Positions 49,726 through 59,478 of a stretch of DNA of 64,000 nt are shown in pieces (the stretch's first letter is position 1; each line of letters begins with the position of its first letter). The DNA is taken from NCBI GenBank assembly GCA_934153675.1, contig CAKPFG010000001.1, forward strand, positions 75,426 through 139,425. The letters run 5' to 3'. The notes beneath the pieces are model-generated. The model saw only the letters and a list, made by a program, of their open reading frames with translations, was not told where the DNA came from and did not search any database. This DNA comes from an uncultured Bacilli bacterium. GTDB taxonomy: Bacteria > Bacillota_I > Bacilli_A > RF39 > UBA660. Position numbers and translations under genes: made by a program.

Positions 49726-52101
49726 ATGAAAGAAAAAATTTTTAACAAATGGTTAGTACTTTTTATTTTAATTCAACCATTATTTGACGTTATAACATCT
49801 TTTATGACTAAATTTGGTATAAGTGTAACTGTTGGAATTTTTGTTAAAATTATAATTTTAGGTTTAATGGTATTTTATTTATTGATTGTTGATAAAAATA
49901 AGCGAAAACTAAATTTTTTATGTATAGGATTAATATTTATTTTTTGTATCGGCAATCTTTGTTGTAATTATCATAAAATGCAAGCTAGTTTTGTTTCGTA
50001 TGCTGGATATTTAATGAAGTATATTTATTTTTTGATTACTTTATTATACTTTATTAAATGGAATCAAAATGGTCATATGATTAAATTAAACGAATTAAGA
50101 ATTCCATTTGTTATTATTGCTTTGACAATGTTTTTATCTTGGATAACAGGAAGTGCTTTTGATACTTATTTGGCATCTAGTGGGAAAAGTGGAACATCAG
50201 GTTGGTTTTTTTCGGGTAATGAAATTGGAGCTTTACTTAGTATAATTTTTCCAATAACATTGTATAATGCTTTTTATAATCCTAAAAGTCATAAGTGGGA
50301 AATAGTTGTTGCAATAATTATTGGTATTGCATTGTTGACTCTTGGAACAAAAGTTGGTCTGCTTGGTTATTTTTTAACTATTTTTGGCTATTTAGTTTAT
50401 AGAATTTTAACTATTAAAAATTATAAATTTGATTATAGATTTGCAATTTGTATAGTAGTGTTATTAATTCCACTTTTTATGTGGAAAAATATTCCTGCTA
50501 TTCATAATACACAAATGAAGTATGAGGTTTTAGATATTGACAACGAAAATATTACTAAAGAAGAAAAAAAAGAACGAATGAATTATTTAATCTATAGTGG
50601 GCGCAATAGGTATGTTTCTCAAATGATAGAAAAAAGAAAAAATATAAATATTTTAGAAATGGTTTTTGGAACATTTTATTTAAGATCTGATAATACAATT
50701 TTAATTACTGAACAAGATTTGTATGATATTTATTTTCTGTTTGGTATATTTGGATTTTTAATGTTTATTGTTTCGTTTATATATTTATTATTCAATTGTT
50801 TGAAAAATTGTTTTAAAAAAATAAAGGTAAAAATCTTTGATATTAAATTAATTTTATGTTTACTTAGTTTAATTTTGGGTATAGGAGTTTCTATAATGTC
50901 AGGACATACTATACTTGCTCCAAGTGTTAGTACTTTTTTGCTTATAATTTTTATCAATTTTTATGCTAGATGTTTTGAAAAAAAGGAAAATACTAAAGAG
51001 AATTTATTAATTGGTTCTGTACACTTAGAAATAGGGGGTATTGAAAGAACTTTAATTAGTTTATTAAAAAATATTAACTATAAAAAATATAATGTTGATT
51101 TGATGCTTTTAAAACCAAGTGGAGCGTTTTTTGATGAAATTCCACAAGAAGTTAATGTAATTACACCTTATAATTCCAAACTAATGAAAAAAATAGTTTC
51201 AACTAATAATTTTATTTGTAAGATTATAAAACATTTATGTTTTAATTATATAACAGGTAAAATATTTTCAACTAACAAAAATTATAAAACAGCAATTTCT
51301 TATTCTGGTTATTATTCTTTTGTTGATATGTATGTTGGCAGTAGCAATGCTTCTAAAAAAATAATTTGGGTTCATACGGATGTTAAATATTTATATGATC
51401 ATGATTTAAAATATCAAAAGAAATTCAATAGGGTTAAAAATAAATATAATAAGTTCAATTTAATTGTTGGTGTAAGTGAGGGTGTGAAAGAAAGCTTTGA
51501 AAGCATTATGCCAAAATATAAAGGCAAGGTTACTTATTTGTGGAATTTATTGAATTTTGATGATCCAAATAAAACTATCAATTTAAAATTGAGTGGAAAA
51601 TGTAAAATAATAGCTGTTGGAAGATTATGTACACAAAAAAGATTTGATAAGATTATTAAGGCCCTTACTTTAGTTAAAGAAGATGTTATTGTTTATATTG
51701 TTGGTGATGGAGTATTAAAAGAACAGTTAGTAGATCTTGCCCATAAAGAAAAAGTTGATAATAAAATTGAATTTTTAGGAGCTCTTAATAATGTTACAAG
51801 TGTCATTAAACAAGCTGATTTATTTTTATCAACCTCAGATTTTGAAGGTTTACCAACGGTTCTTATGGAAGCTTTATTATGCAATGTTCCTATTGTTGCT
51901 ACTGATGTTTGTGGTAATAATGATATTTATAAATACATAGCTCCTAAGGGAAGTATGATTCTTTGTAAAAATGATATTGCTTCTATCAGCAAAGCTATAA
52001 CTATGGCATGTCATGGAAAAACAAGCAAGAATTTTAAATTTGATGTAAAAAAATATAATCAAAATATTTTAAAAAAATTTTATAAATTAATAGGTGATTA
52101 A
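49726..52101 (+). CDS. Fusion protein: N-terminal O-antigen polymerase/ligase-like (Wzy-type) polytopic domain + C-terminal GT4 (Glycos_transf_1) glycosyltransferase
   Basis: ~11 TMs in the first 410 aa with a large loop. The C-terminal 380 aa carry the GT4 fold with EGLPTVLMEALLCNVPIVATDVCGN (EX7E). Confidence 0.7.
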   Translation: MKEKIFNKWLVLFILIQPLFDVITSFMTKFGISVTVGIFVKIIILGLMVFYLLIVDKNKRKLNFLCIGLIFIFCIGNLCCNYHKMQASFVSYAGYLMKYIYFLITLLYFIKWNQNGHMIKLNELRIPFVIIALTMFLSWITGSAFDTYLASSGKSGTSGWFFSGNEIGALLSIIFPITLYNAFYNPKSHKWEIVVAIIIGIALLTLGTKVGLLGYFLTIFGYLVYRILTIKNYKFDYRFAICIVVLLIPLFMWKNIPAIHNTQMKYEVLDIDNENITKEEKKERMNYLIYSGRNRYVSQMIEKRKNINILEMVFGTFYLRSDNTILITEQDLYDIYFLFGIFGFLMFIVSFIYLLFNCLKNCFKKIKVKIFDIKLILCLLSLILGIGVSIMSGHTILAPSVSTFLLIIFINFYARCFEKKENTKENLLIGSVHLEIGGIERTLISLLKNINYKKYNVDLMLLKPSGAFFDEIPQEVNVITPYNSKLMKKIVSTNNFICKIIKHLCFNYITGKIFSTNKNYKTAISYSGYYSFVDMYVGSSNASKKIIWVHTDVKYLYDHDLKYQKKFNRVKNKYNKFNLIVGVSEGVKESFESIMPKYKGKVTYLWNLLNFDDPNKTINLKLSGKCKIIAVGRLCTQKRFDKIIKALTLVKEDVIVYIVGDGVLKEQLVDLAHKEKVDNKIEFLGALNNVTSVIKQADLFLSTSDFEGLPTVLMEALLCNVPIVATDVCGNNDIYKYIAPKGSMILCKNDIASISKAITMACHGKTSKNFKFDVKKYNQNILKKFYKLIGD

Positions 52102-53175
52102 ATGAAAAAAATGATTATTTATATGCCAAAATTATCAGTTGGTGGTATGGAGAAAGCTTTGTTAAATCTTTTAAATTTTAGTGATTTAACTAAAATTTAT
52201 GAAATTGAATTATTTTTGGGTTATGTTTTAGAAAAAGAATATTTAAAATTAATTCCTAAAAATGTAAAAATAGTTATTTGTTGCAAAAAAAAGTGGAATA
52301 TTTTAGGAAAAATAAAGGCATATTTTAAAATGAACTTAAAAAGAATAAAGATTTTACTTAAAGTTGATAAATATGATGTAGCTATATCTTACGCATATCA
52401 ACACGCTATTTTGGCTTCCTTAGCTAGAATGTCATCAAAAAATAATATTATCTTCGTTCACAATAATTTACTTTTAGCTCGTTCAAAAAAACAAATAGAT
52501 TGCATAAAATTTGATAAATTTAGTAAAGTTATTTGTGTTAGTAATGATGCAAAAAAAGCTTTTTATCATTGCTTTCCTAAATATGACGGTAAAGTAGAGG
52601 TTATAAATAATTATATTGATGGTGATCATATAATAGAAAGTGCTAAAGAAGAAATTAACTTTGAATATGAAAAGCCAGTTTTTATTAATATTGCTAGACA
52701 CGAAGAAAAATCTAAAAAAATTTCTAGAATTATTAAAGCTGCAAAACTTTTAAAAGAAAAAAAGTACATCTTTTCTATTCTTTTAATTGGTGATGGTAAA
52801 GATCATCAAATGTATAAAAAAATGATTGAAGAAAATGGTTTAACAGACGTCATAAAACTTCTTGGAAAACAAGTTAATCCATACAAATATTTAATTAAAA
52901 GTAACGCTTTTATTTTATCTTCTGCTTATGAGGGGTATGGAATAGTTATAGATGAGGCTAGAATTTTAAACGTTCCAGTCATTTCTACTGACGTTGCAGA
53001 TGCCAAAAAGATTTTAAAAACTGGTTTTGGAATTTTATGCGATAATTCTTCTGAAGGAATTTATCAGGGAATAAAAAAATATTTAGATGAAGGTTATATT
53101 ATAAAAAAAACTTTTGATTATAAAGCTTTTAACCGAAAAATAACTAGCCAATTAAATCGTTTTATAGAGGAGTAG
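52102..53175 (+). CDS. GT4-family glycosyltransferase
   Basis: YEGYGIVIDEARILNVPVISTDV EX7E motif; N-terminal MPKLSVGGMEKALLNL. Confidence 0.8.
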   Translation: MKKMIIYMPKLSVGGMEKALLNLLNFSDLTKIYEIELFLGYVLEKEYLKLIPKNVKIVICCKKKWNILGKIKAYFKMNLKRIKILLKVDKYDVAISYAYQHAILASLARMSSKNNIIFVHNNLLLARSKKQIDCIKFDKFSKVICVSNDAKKAFYHCFPKYDGKVEVINNYIDGDHIIESAKEEINFEYEKPVFINIARHEEKSKKISRIIKAAKLLKEKKYIFSILLIGDGKDHQMYKKMIEENGLTDVIKLLGKQVNPYKYLIKSNAFILSSAYEGYGIVIDEARILNVPVISTDVADAKKILKTGFGILCDNSSEGIYQGIKKYLDEGYIIKKTFDYKAFNRKITSQLNRFIEE

Positions 53176-53178
53176 TTT

Positions 53179-53649
53179 ATGAAAAAGAAAAAAGTAATGT
53201 TTATTTCTAGTGTAGGTGGACATTTAACACAATTATTAGAATTAAGGGAAATATTTGATAATTATGATTATATTTTAGTTACTGAAAAAACTGGTGTTAC
53301 TAAGAATATGATTAATAAATATAATATGGAATATTTAGTTTATGGTTCTAGAAAGTATTTGTTTAAGTACTTATTTATATTCTTATTTAATATATTTAAA
53401 AGTTTGTTTCTATTTATAAAATATAGGCCTAAAGTTATAGTTACTACCGGTACTCATACTGCTGTTCCTATGTGTTATATTGGAAGATTATTTGGTAGAA
53501 AAGTAATATTTATTGAAAGTTTTGCTAAAAGGACAAGTCCTACTTTGGCAGGTAGGTTAGTTTATCCTATTGCAAGTACCTTTGTAGTTCAATGGGAAAG
53601 TATGTTAAAATATTATCCAAAAGCACATTATTGGGGAGGTATTTATTAG
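53179..53649 (+). CDS. Alg14-like glycosyltransferase membrane-anchor subunit (PssD/EpsE-like)
   Basis: MFISSVGGHLTQLLEL and VTTGTHTAVPMCYIGRLFGRKVIFIESFAKRTSPTLAGRL match the Alg14 family. Confidence 0.75.
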   Translation: MKKKKVMFISSVGGHLTQLLELREIFDNYDYILVTEKTGVTKNMINKYNMEYLVYGSRKYLFKYLFIFLFNIFKSLFLFIKYRPKVIVTTGTHTAVPMCYIGRLFGRKVIFIESFAKRTSPTLAGRLVYPIASTFVVQWESMLKYYPKAHYWGGIY

Positions 53650-55640
53650 TGATTTTAGTAACATTAGGTACTCAAAAAGAACAATTTACAAGATTGTTAG
53701 ATTATATTGAAAATTCGAATATTGATGATGAGATTATTGTACAAGCTGGTCATACTAAATATGATAGTAAAAAAATGAAAATTTTTGATTTTATTCCTTA
53801 TGAAAAAATGAATGAATATATTGATAAATCAGATATAATAATTACTCATTCAGGTACAGGATCAGTTTTAATGCCATTAAAAAAAGGAAAAAAAGTGATA
53901 ATTTGTGCAAGACTTAAAAAGTATGGGGAGCATGTGGATGATCATCAGCAACAATTAGCAGATATTTTTAAAGAAGAAGGGTATGTACTTGAATTAAATG
54001 AAAATAATTCACTGGATGATTTAATGGAAAAAATAAAAAGTTTTAAACCAAAAAAATATGAAAGCAATACAGAAAATTTTAAGAAAAACTTGAAAAAAGA
54101 GATAGATATTACTAATTCTACAAATATTAAAAAAAAAATTAATAATCCCATTTTTATTAATACATTAATTATATTTTTTTCCTTTTTGTTAATTTCCTTT
54201 TTTGTTCCTTTAACTGGGGATGATTGGACCAATGCAAATTTTCATACAAATAATATTTTAAAAATAATTAGTATAGCTTATGATAAATATTTTTTATATG
54301 AAGGAAGATTCATGAGTCGTATATTTGTATTATTTTTTACAAATACTAAATATTTATGGAATATTTTTAATGCAATTATGGTGTCGGTATTTTATAATTT
54401 TTCTATGAAAATTATTAAGCCTAAGCATCTTACATTTATATCATTGTTATATGTTTTTTCTATGATTATGGTAGAAAATACAGTGTTTACTCAAAGTTAT
54501 TTATGGGTTACTGGGAATATGACTTATTATTTACCCATGTTTTTATTTTTAATATATATTTATTCTATAAAAAAAATCTTTGATAATGAATTCAAATTTA
54601 ATAAATTTGTTATAATAATTTCAATAATTCTTAATATATTAATTCCTACTATGGTAGAACATGTAAGTGTAGCGCTTGTGTGTGCTAATATATTATTGTT
54701 ATTATATTCAAGTATTAATGAAAAGAAACTTAATAAACTGTTTTTCGTTAATTCCATTATTTCTATTATAGGATTTTTAATTATTTATTTATCACCGGGA
54801 GCTAAAATAAGGACCCAAACAACACTATTTTATAATTATTCTTTAATGCATAAAATACAAGAAAATATTCCTAATTTTGTTAATTATACGTATGTATCAA
54901 ATACAGTTTTACTTATTTTGTTACTTATGTTAATCGTATTATTCATTAACAAACATATAAAAGGTATAAAAAAAATAGTCACAATTGTAGTACTATCTAT
55001 TGTTCCAGTATTAACAATTATATATCGATTGTTAGGCTTATTATCTTGTTACAGTAATAAGATTAATTATATTTTAAGTAAACTTTCTTTTTTATCTAAT
55101 TCAAATTCTATATTTATAATAGTATTTTGGATATTAATTTCATTGTTATTAATTTATATAAACTTAATATATATAAGGGATACAAAAAATTATAAAGCAT
55201 TTTTTTTCTTTACAATTGGTATGATTGCTAATTTGTCTATGCTACTTTCACCTATATGGGGTGGAAGAACTTCATTATTTACTATCATTATGCTGAGTAT
55301 CAGTTTATTAATTCTAGTAGATAATTATAATTTTAATATCAAAAAACAATTGAATATATTTTTATATATAATATTTATTAGCTATATAACCATATTATTA
55401 GTTTTATATAACAGTGTCTATAGACAACAAAATTTTAGGGAAAAATCTATATCTAAACAGGTTAATAGTGAAATAAATATTATTACGATAGAAAGATTCC
55501 CTGAAGATGTATTATGGAACTCAAATGCTTGGAATAAATTTCATGAAAACTCATTTAAAACGTATTATGGTATTAATTCTGATGCAGAAATTAATCGAAC
55601 AAGGGTAGATTATAAGTATAGATTGTTATACAGGAGGTAG
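53649..55640 (+). CDS. Alg13-like glycosyltransferase catalytic subunit (GT28 C-terminal domain) fused to a ~500-aa polytopic membrane domain
   Basis: GTG start overlapping the Alg14 stop (tagtg; RBS ggggagg). VILVTLGTQKEQF...ITHSGTGSV...GEHVDDHQQQLA are Alg13/PssE motifs. They are followed by >10 TM helices (PLTGDDW...). The ORF-track start at 53592 lies inside the Alg14 gene. Confidence 0.65.
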   Translation: MILVTLGTQKEQFTRLLDYIENSNIDDEIIVQAGHTKYDSKKMKIFDFIPYEKMNEYIDKSDIIITHSGTGSVLMPLKKGKKVIICARLKKYGEHVDDHQQQLADIFKEEGYVLELNENNSLDDLMEKIKSFKPKKYESNTENFKKNLKKEIDITNSTNIKKKINNPIFINTLIIFFSFLLISFFVPLTGDDWTNANFHTNNILKIISIAYDKYFLYEGRFMSRIFVLFFTNTKYLWNIFNAIMVSVFYNFSMKIIKPKHLTFISLLYVFSMIMVENTVFTQSYLWVTGNMTYYLPMFLFLIYIYSIKKIFDNEFKFNKFVIIISIILNILIPTMVEHVSVALVCANILLLLYSSINEKKLNKLFFVNSIISIIGFLIIYLSPGAKIRTQTTLFYNYSLMHKIQENIPNFVNYTYVSNTVLLILLLMLIVLFINKHIKGIKKIVTIVVLSIVPVLTIIYRLLGLLSCYSNKINYILSKLSFLSNSNSIFIIVFWILISLLLIYINLIYIRDTKNYKAFFFFTIGMIANLSMLLSPIWGGRTSLFTIIMLSISLLILVDNYNFNIKKQLNIFLYIIFISYITILLVLYNSVYRQQNFREKSISKQVNSEINIITIERFPEDVLWNSNAWNKFHENSFKTYYGINSDAEINRTRVDYKYRLLYRR

Positions 55641-55642
55641 TA

Positions 55643-57271
55643 ATGTTTAACAAGATGAAAGTAATAAAGTCGTTTAAATATACTAATTATTTTATTTTAT
55701 TGTTTTTTGTAATTATAATATCCCTGCCTTTATTTTATAATGGAATAATTCAAGGACATGATTTGAGATTTCATCTATCAAGAATAATTTCAATATCAGA
55801 TGGTATAAATAATGGTAATTTTTTAAGTTATATACATAGTGGATATTTGAATAATTATGGTTATGCAAATGGTTTATTTTATAGCAATATCTTTCTTTAT
55901 TTGCCTGCATTTTTAAAAAGTTTAGGATTAAGTGTTATTAATTCTTATAAAATATTTTTATTTTTGTGTAATTTGAATACTTCCTTATCAATGTACTATT
56001 GTGTAAATAAAGTTTTCAAAAATAAAAAAATTGCTTTGATTTCATCTATACTTTATTTAATGAATCCATATAGAGTGTGTGATGTATATGTAAGAGCAGC
56101 AGTAGGGGAAATCTTATCATTTATTTTTATACCTTTTGTTTTGCTTGGCATATATGATTTTTTAACCAATAATGGTAAAAGATGGAAATATTTAACTATA
56201 GGTTTTTCTGGCCTTATTTTATCTCATATAATTAGCACAATAATTATGTTGTGTCTTTGTTTAATTATATTTTTAATATGGTATAAAAAAATATTGAATA
56301 AAGAAGCTATAAAAAATTTAATTATATCTGGCTTGGTTTGTATTCTGTTAATTTCCTTTTATATTTTTCCAATGTTAGAACAGTGTTTGAGTAATAAATT
56401 TATTGTTAATACAAATACTATTCATTCAGATATATATAGTCATACGGTTCCCTTTTTACAAATATTTTCTGGAATACCTCATTGGTATAATGGAATATTT
56501 ATACCATCAGGAATAGGTTTTTTGCTAACGTGTTTATTAATGCTTAGGATAAAGATTAATAAGTTTAAATTTCAGAAAATATGTGATATTTTAATCGTTG
56601 TTGGAATAATCAGTACTTTATTTGTAACTGATATTATACCTTGGAATACTTTAAATTTATTTTCAATTTTACAATTTCCTTGGAGAATATATATATGTTC
56701 AGTACCATTTTTGATAATTGCATCTTCTATAATATTATATGAATACAGTAATAAATATAAGAAGAAAGCTGATAGATTTATTTTATTTATATTAATACTT
56801 TCTATTGTTACTCCAGTTTATATTATATACAATCAGTATAGTCAGGAATACATTTGGAAAAACTATGAAGATTATAATTTAGGTGGTAAAGAATATATAC
56901 CAAAAAACGTTGATATTAATTTACTTAAAGAACGTGGAGAAGTGGTAACATCCAATAATAACATTGATATTAATTTTAATAGAGTTAAGAATAAGATAGA
57001 GGTAAATTATTCAAATAATAAGTATGATAATACTTATCTAGAGTTGCCATTATTATATTATAAAGGATATTATGCAATTAACGGTTATAATGTTCAAGCT
57101 GGAAAAAATGGTGTTGTGAGAGTTTATATATTAGGTAACAATGGAAAAGTTACTGTATATTATAAGGGTACTAAGGTTGCTAAAATATCAAGTATTGTTA
57201 CTATTATTTCTATACTCGGTATTTTAATTATAAAAATAGTGAAAGGAGTAAAAAAACATGAAAAAAGATAA
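55643..57271 (+). CDS. Polytopic membrane protein, putative GT-C-fold glycosyltransferase (YfhO/ArnT-like)
   Basis: 542 aa with ~12 TMs and a C-terminal extracytoplasmic domain. Located directly upstream of a GtrB-like polyprenyl-P-sugar synthase gene. Confidence 0.5.
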   Translation: MFNKMKVIKSFKYTNYFILLFFVIIISLPLFYNGIIQGHDLRFHLSRIISISDGINNGNFLSYIHSGYLNNYGYANGLFYSNIFLYLPAFLKSLGLSVINSYKIFLFLCNLNTSLSMYYCVNKVFKNKKIALISSILYLMNPYRVCDVYVRAAVGEILSFIFIPFVLLGIYDFLTNNGKRWKYLTIGFSGLILSHIISTIIMLCLCLIIFLIWYKKILNKEAIKNLIISGLVCILLISFYIFPMLEQCLSNKFIVNTNTIHSDIYSHTVPFLQIFSGIPHWYNGIFIPSGIGFLLTCLLMLRIKINKFKFQKICDILIVVGIISTLFVTDIIPWNTLNLFSILQFPWRIYICSVPFLIIASSIILYEYSNKYKKKADRFILFILILSIVTPVYIIYNQYSQEYIWKNYEDYNLGGKEYIPKNVDINLLKERGEVVTSNNNIDINFNRVKNKIEVNYSNNKYDNTYLELPLLYYKGYYAINGYNVQAGKNGVVRVYILGNNGKVTVYYKGTKVAKISSIVTIISILGILIIKIVKGVKKHEKR

Positions 57272-58199
57272 AATATCTATTATAGTTCCTTGTTATAATG
57301 AAGCAGAGTGTCTAGAATTATTTTATAAGGAATTAAAAAGAAATTTGGATAAATTAAAAAATACCAATTATGAAATTATATTTATAAATGATGGTTCAAC
57401 AGATAAAACATTAGAAATTTTAAAAGATTATAGCAAAAAAGATAGTGGTATTAAATATGTTTCTTTTTCTAGAAATTTTGGAAAAGAGTCTGCTATGTAT
57501 GCAGGGTTAAAAAATTCAACGGGGGATTATTTAGCTATAATGGATGCAGATTTACAAGACCCTCCATCTTTGTTACCTAAAATGTTAAAATTAATTAAAG
57601 AAGAAGGATATGATTGTGTAGGAACTAGAAGATTTACACGTAAAGGGGAGCCCCCAATTAGAAGCTTTTTCTCTCGTTTGTTTTATAAAATAATTAATAA
57701 AATATCAAAAACTAATATTGTAGATGGTGCAAGAGATTATAGGCTTATGACCAGACAAATGGCTAATGCAATCTTAGAAATGTCTGAGTATAATAGATTT
57801 TCTAAAGGTATATTTGGTTGGGTAGGATTTAATACTAAATGGTTAGCTTATGAAAATGTAAAAAGAGCAGCTGGTAAAACTAAATGGAATTTTTGGAAAT
57901 TATTTTTATATTCTTTAGAAGGTTTTGTTTCATTTTCTACGGTTCCTCTTACATTTGCATCTATATTTGGAATTCTATTTATATTTATATCATTTATCGT
58001 TATTTTATTTATTATCATAAAAACATTATTATTAGGTGATCACACTAGTGGTTGGCCAAGCCTTGTGTGTATAATATTTTTTGTGAGTGGAATTCAATTA
58101 TTTTGTATTGGTGTTGTTGGACAGTACCTATCAAAAATGTATCTTGAGGTAAAAAAAAGACCTATTTATATAGTAAAAGAAACAAATATAGATATATAA
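57258..58199 (+). CDS. GT2 polyprenyl-phosphate glycosyltransferase (GtrB/CsbB/dolichol-P-sugar synthase-like) with C-terminal TM pair
   Basis: ISIIVPCYNEAECL, INDGSTDKT, MDADLQDPP motifs and two C-terminal TM helices. Confidence 0.8.
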   Translation: MKKDKISIIVPCYNEAECLELFYKELKRNLDKLKNTNYEIIFINDGSTDKTLEILKDYSKKDSGIKYVSFSRNFGKESAMYAGLKNSTGDYLAIMDADLQDPPSLLPKMLKLIKEEGYDCVGTRRFTRKGEPPIRSFFSRLFYKIINKISKTNIVDGARDYRLMTRQMANAILEMSEYNRFSKGIFGWVGFNTKWLAYENVKRAAGKTKWNFWKLFLYSLEGFVSFSTVPLTFASIFGILFIFISFIVILFIIIKTLLLGDHTSGWPSLVCIIFFVSGIQLFCIGVVGQYLSKMYLEVKKRPIYIVKETNIDI

Positions 58200-58248
58200 T
58201 AAAAAATAATCAAGCGTAGTTTAATACTTTTAAATTAAGGAGGTAAGT

Positions 58249-59421
58249 ATGAAAATAGCAGTAGCAGGTACAGGTTATGTAGGTTTATCCTTAGCAACTC
58301 TTCTTTCTCAAAAAAATGAAGTAGTTGCTTTAGATGTTGTGCCAAGAAAAGTTAAAATGGTGAATAATAGGATTTCACCAATTCAGGATGATGATATAGA
58401 AAAATTTTTTAAAGAAAAAAAATTAAATTTAAGAGCAACGTTAGATTACAAAGAAGCTTTTGAGGGGGCTAAATTTATTATAATTAGTACACCAACTAAT
58501 TATGATGATAAAACTAATAAATTTGATACATCATCTGTTGAAGACATTATAAAAAAAGTAATTAGTTTAAATATAAACACAACTATGGTAATTAAATCTA
58601 CTATACCTGTAGGTTTTATTGAAAAAATAAAGAAAAAGTATAATATAGATAATATAATGTTTAGCCCAGAATTTTTAAGGGAAGGGAAGGCCCTTTATGA
58701 TAATTTATACCCATCAAGAATTATAGTTGGTGAAAAAAGTGAAAGAGCAAAGGTATTTGCTAATTTATTAAAAGAAAACTGTTTAAAAAAAGATGTAGTT
58801 GTAAAATATATGGATTCAACTGAAGCTGAAGCAGTAAAACTATTTGCAAATACTTATTTGGCACTTAGAGTTTCTTACTTTAATGAATTAGATACTTATG
58901 CAGAATTAAAAAATTTAAATTCTGCTGACATAATAGAAGGTATATGTTTAGATCCTAGAATAGGAAATTTTTATAATAATCCATCATTTGGTTATGGTGG
59001 CTATTGTTTGCCTAAGGATACAAAACAGTTATTATCCAATTATGAGCAAGATAACGTTCCTCAAAATTTAATAGAAGCAATAGTTAAATCAAACTATACA
59101 AGAAAAAATTATATAGTTAATGCAATATACAAAAAAGCCCCTAAAACTGTAGGTATATATAGGCTTACTATGAAATCAGGATCTGATAATTTTCGTTCAA
59201 GTGCTATACAAGATGTAATATCAAAATTGAAAGTAAAGGGAGTAAATATTATAATATATGAACCAACATTATCTGAAACACAATTTAATGGTTGTAAAAT
59301 TATTAATGATCTTTTAAAGTTTGATCAATTATCTGATATTATTGTTGTTAATAGATTTGATGAAAATGTAAAAACATTATCTACTGAGATATATTCTAGA
59401 GATTTATTTAGTAGAGATTGA
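58249..59421 (+). CDS. ugd: UDP-glucose 6-dehydrogenase
   Basis: [17 protein letters not shown]-binding motif; [16 protein letters not shown]; [10 protein letters not shown] catalytic cysteine motif; RBS aaggagg. Confidence 0.9.
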   Translation: MKIAVAGTGYVGLSLATLLSQKNEVVALDVVPRKVKMVNNRISPIQDDDIEKFFKEKKLNLRATLDYKEAFEGAKFIIISTPTNYDDKTNKFDTSSVEDIIKKVISLNINTTMVIKSTIPVGFIEKIKKKYNIDNIMFSPEFLREGKALYDNLYPSRIIVGEKSERAKVFANLLKENCLKKDVVVKYMDSTEAEAVKLFANTYLALRVSYFNELDTYAELKNLNSADIIEGICLDPRIGNFYNNPSFGYGGYCLPKDTKQLLSNYEQDNVPQNLIEAIVKSNYTRKNYIVNAIYKKAPKTVGIYRLTMKSGSDNFRSSAIQDVISKLKVKGVNIIIYEPTLSETQFNGCKIINDLLKFDQLSDIIVVNRFDENVKTLSTEIYSRDLFSRD

Positions 59422-59478
59422 AATAATTATAATAATGTATTGTTTGTCTTGTTCAAATTTGTATAAAAGGAGTAGTTT

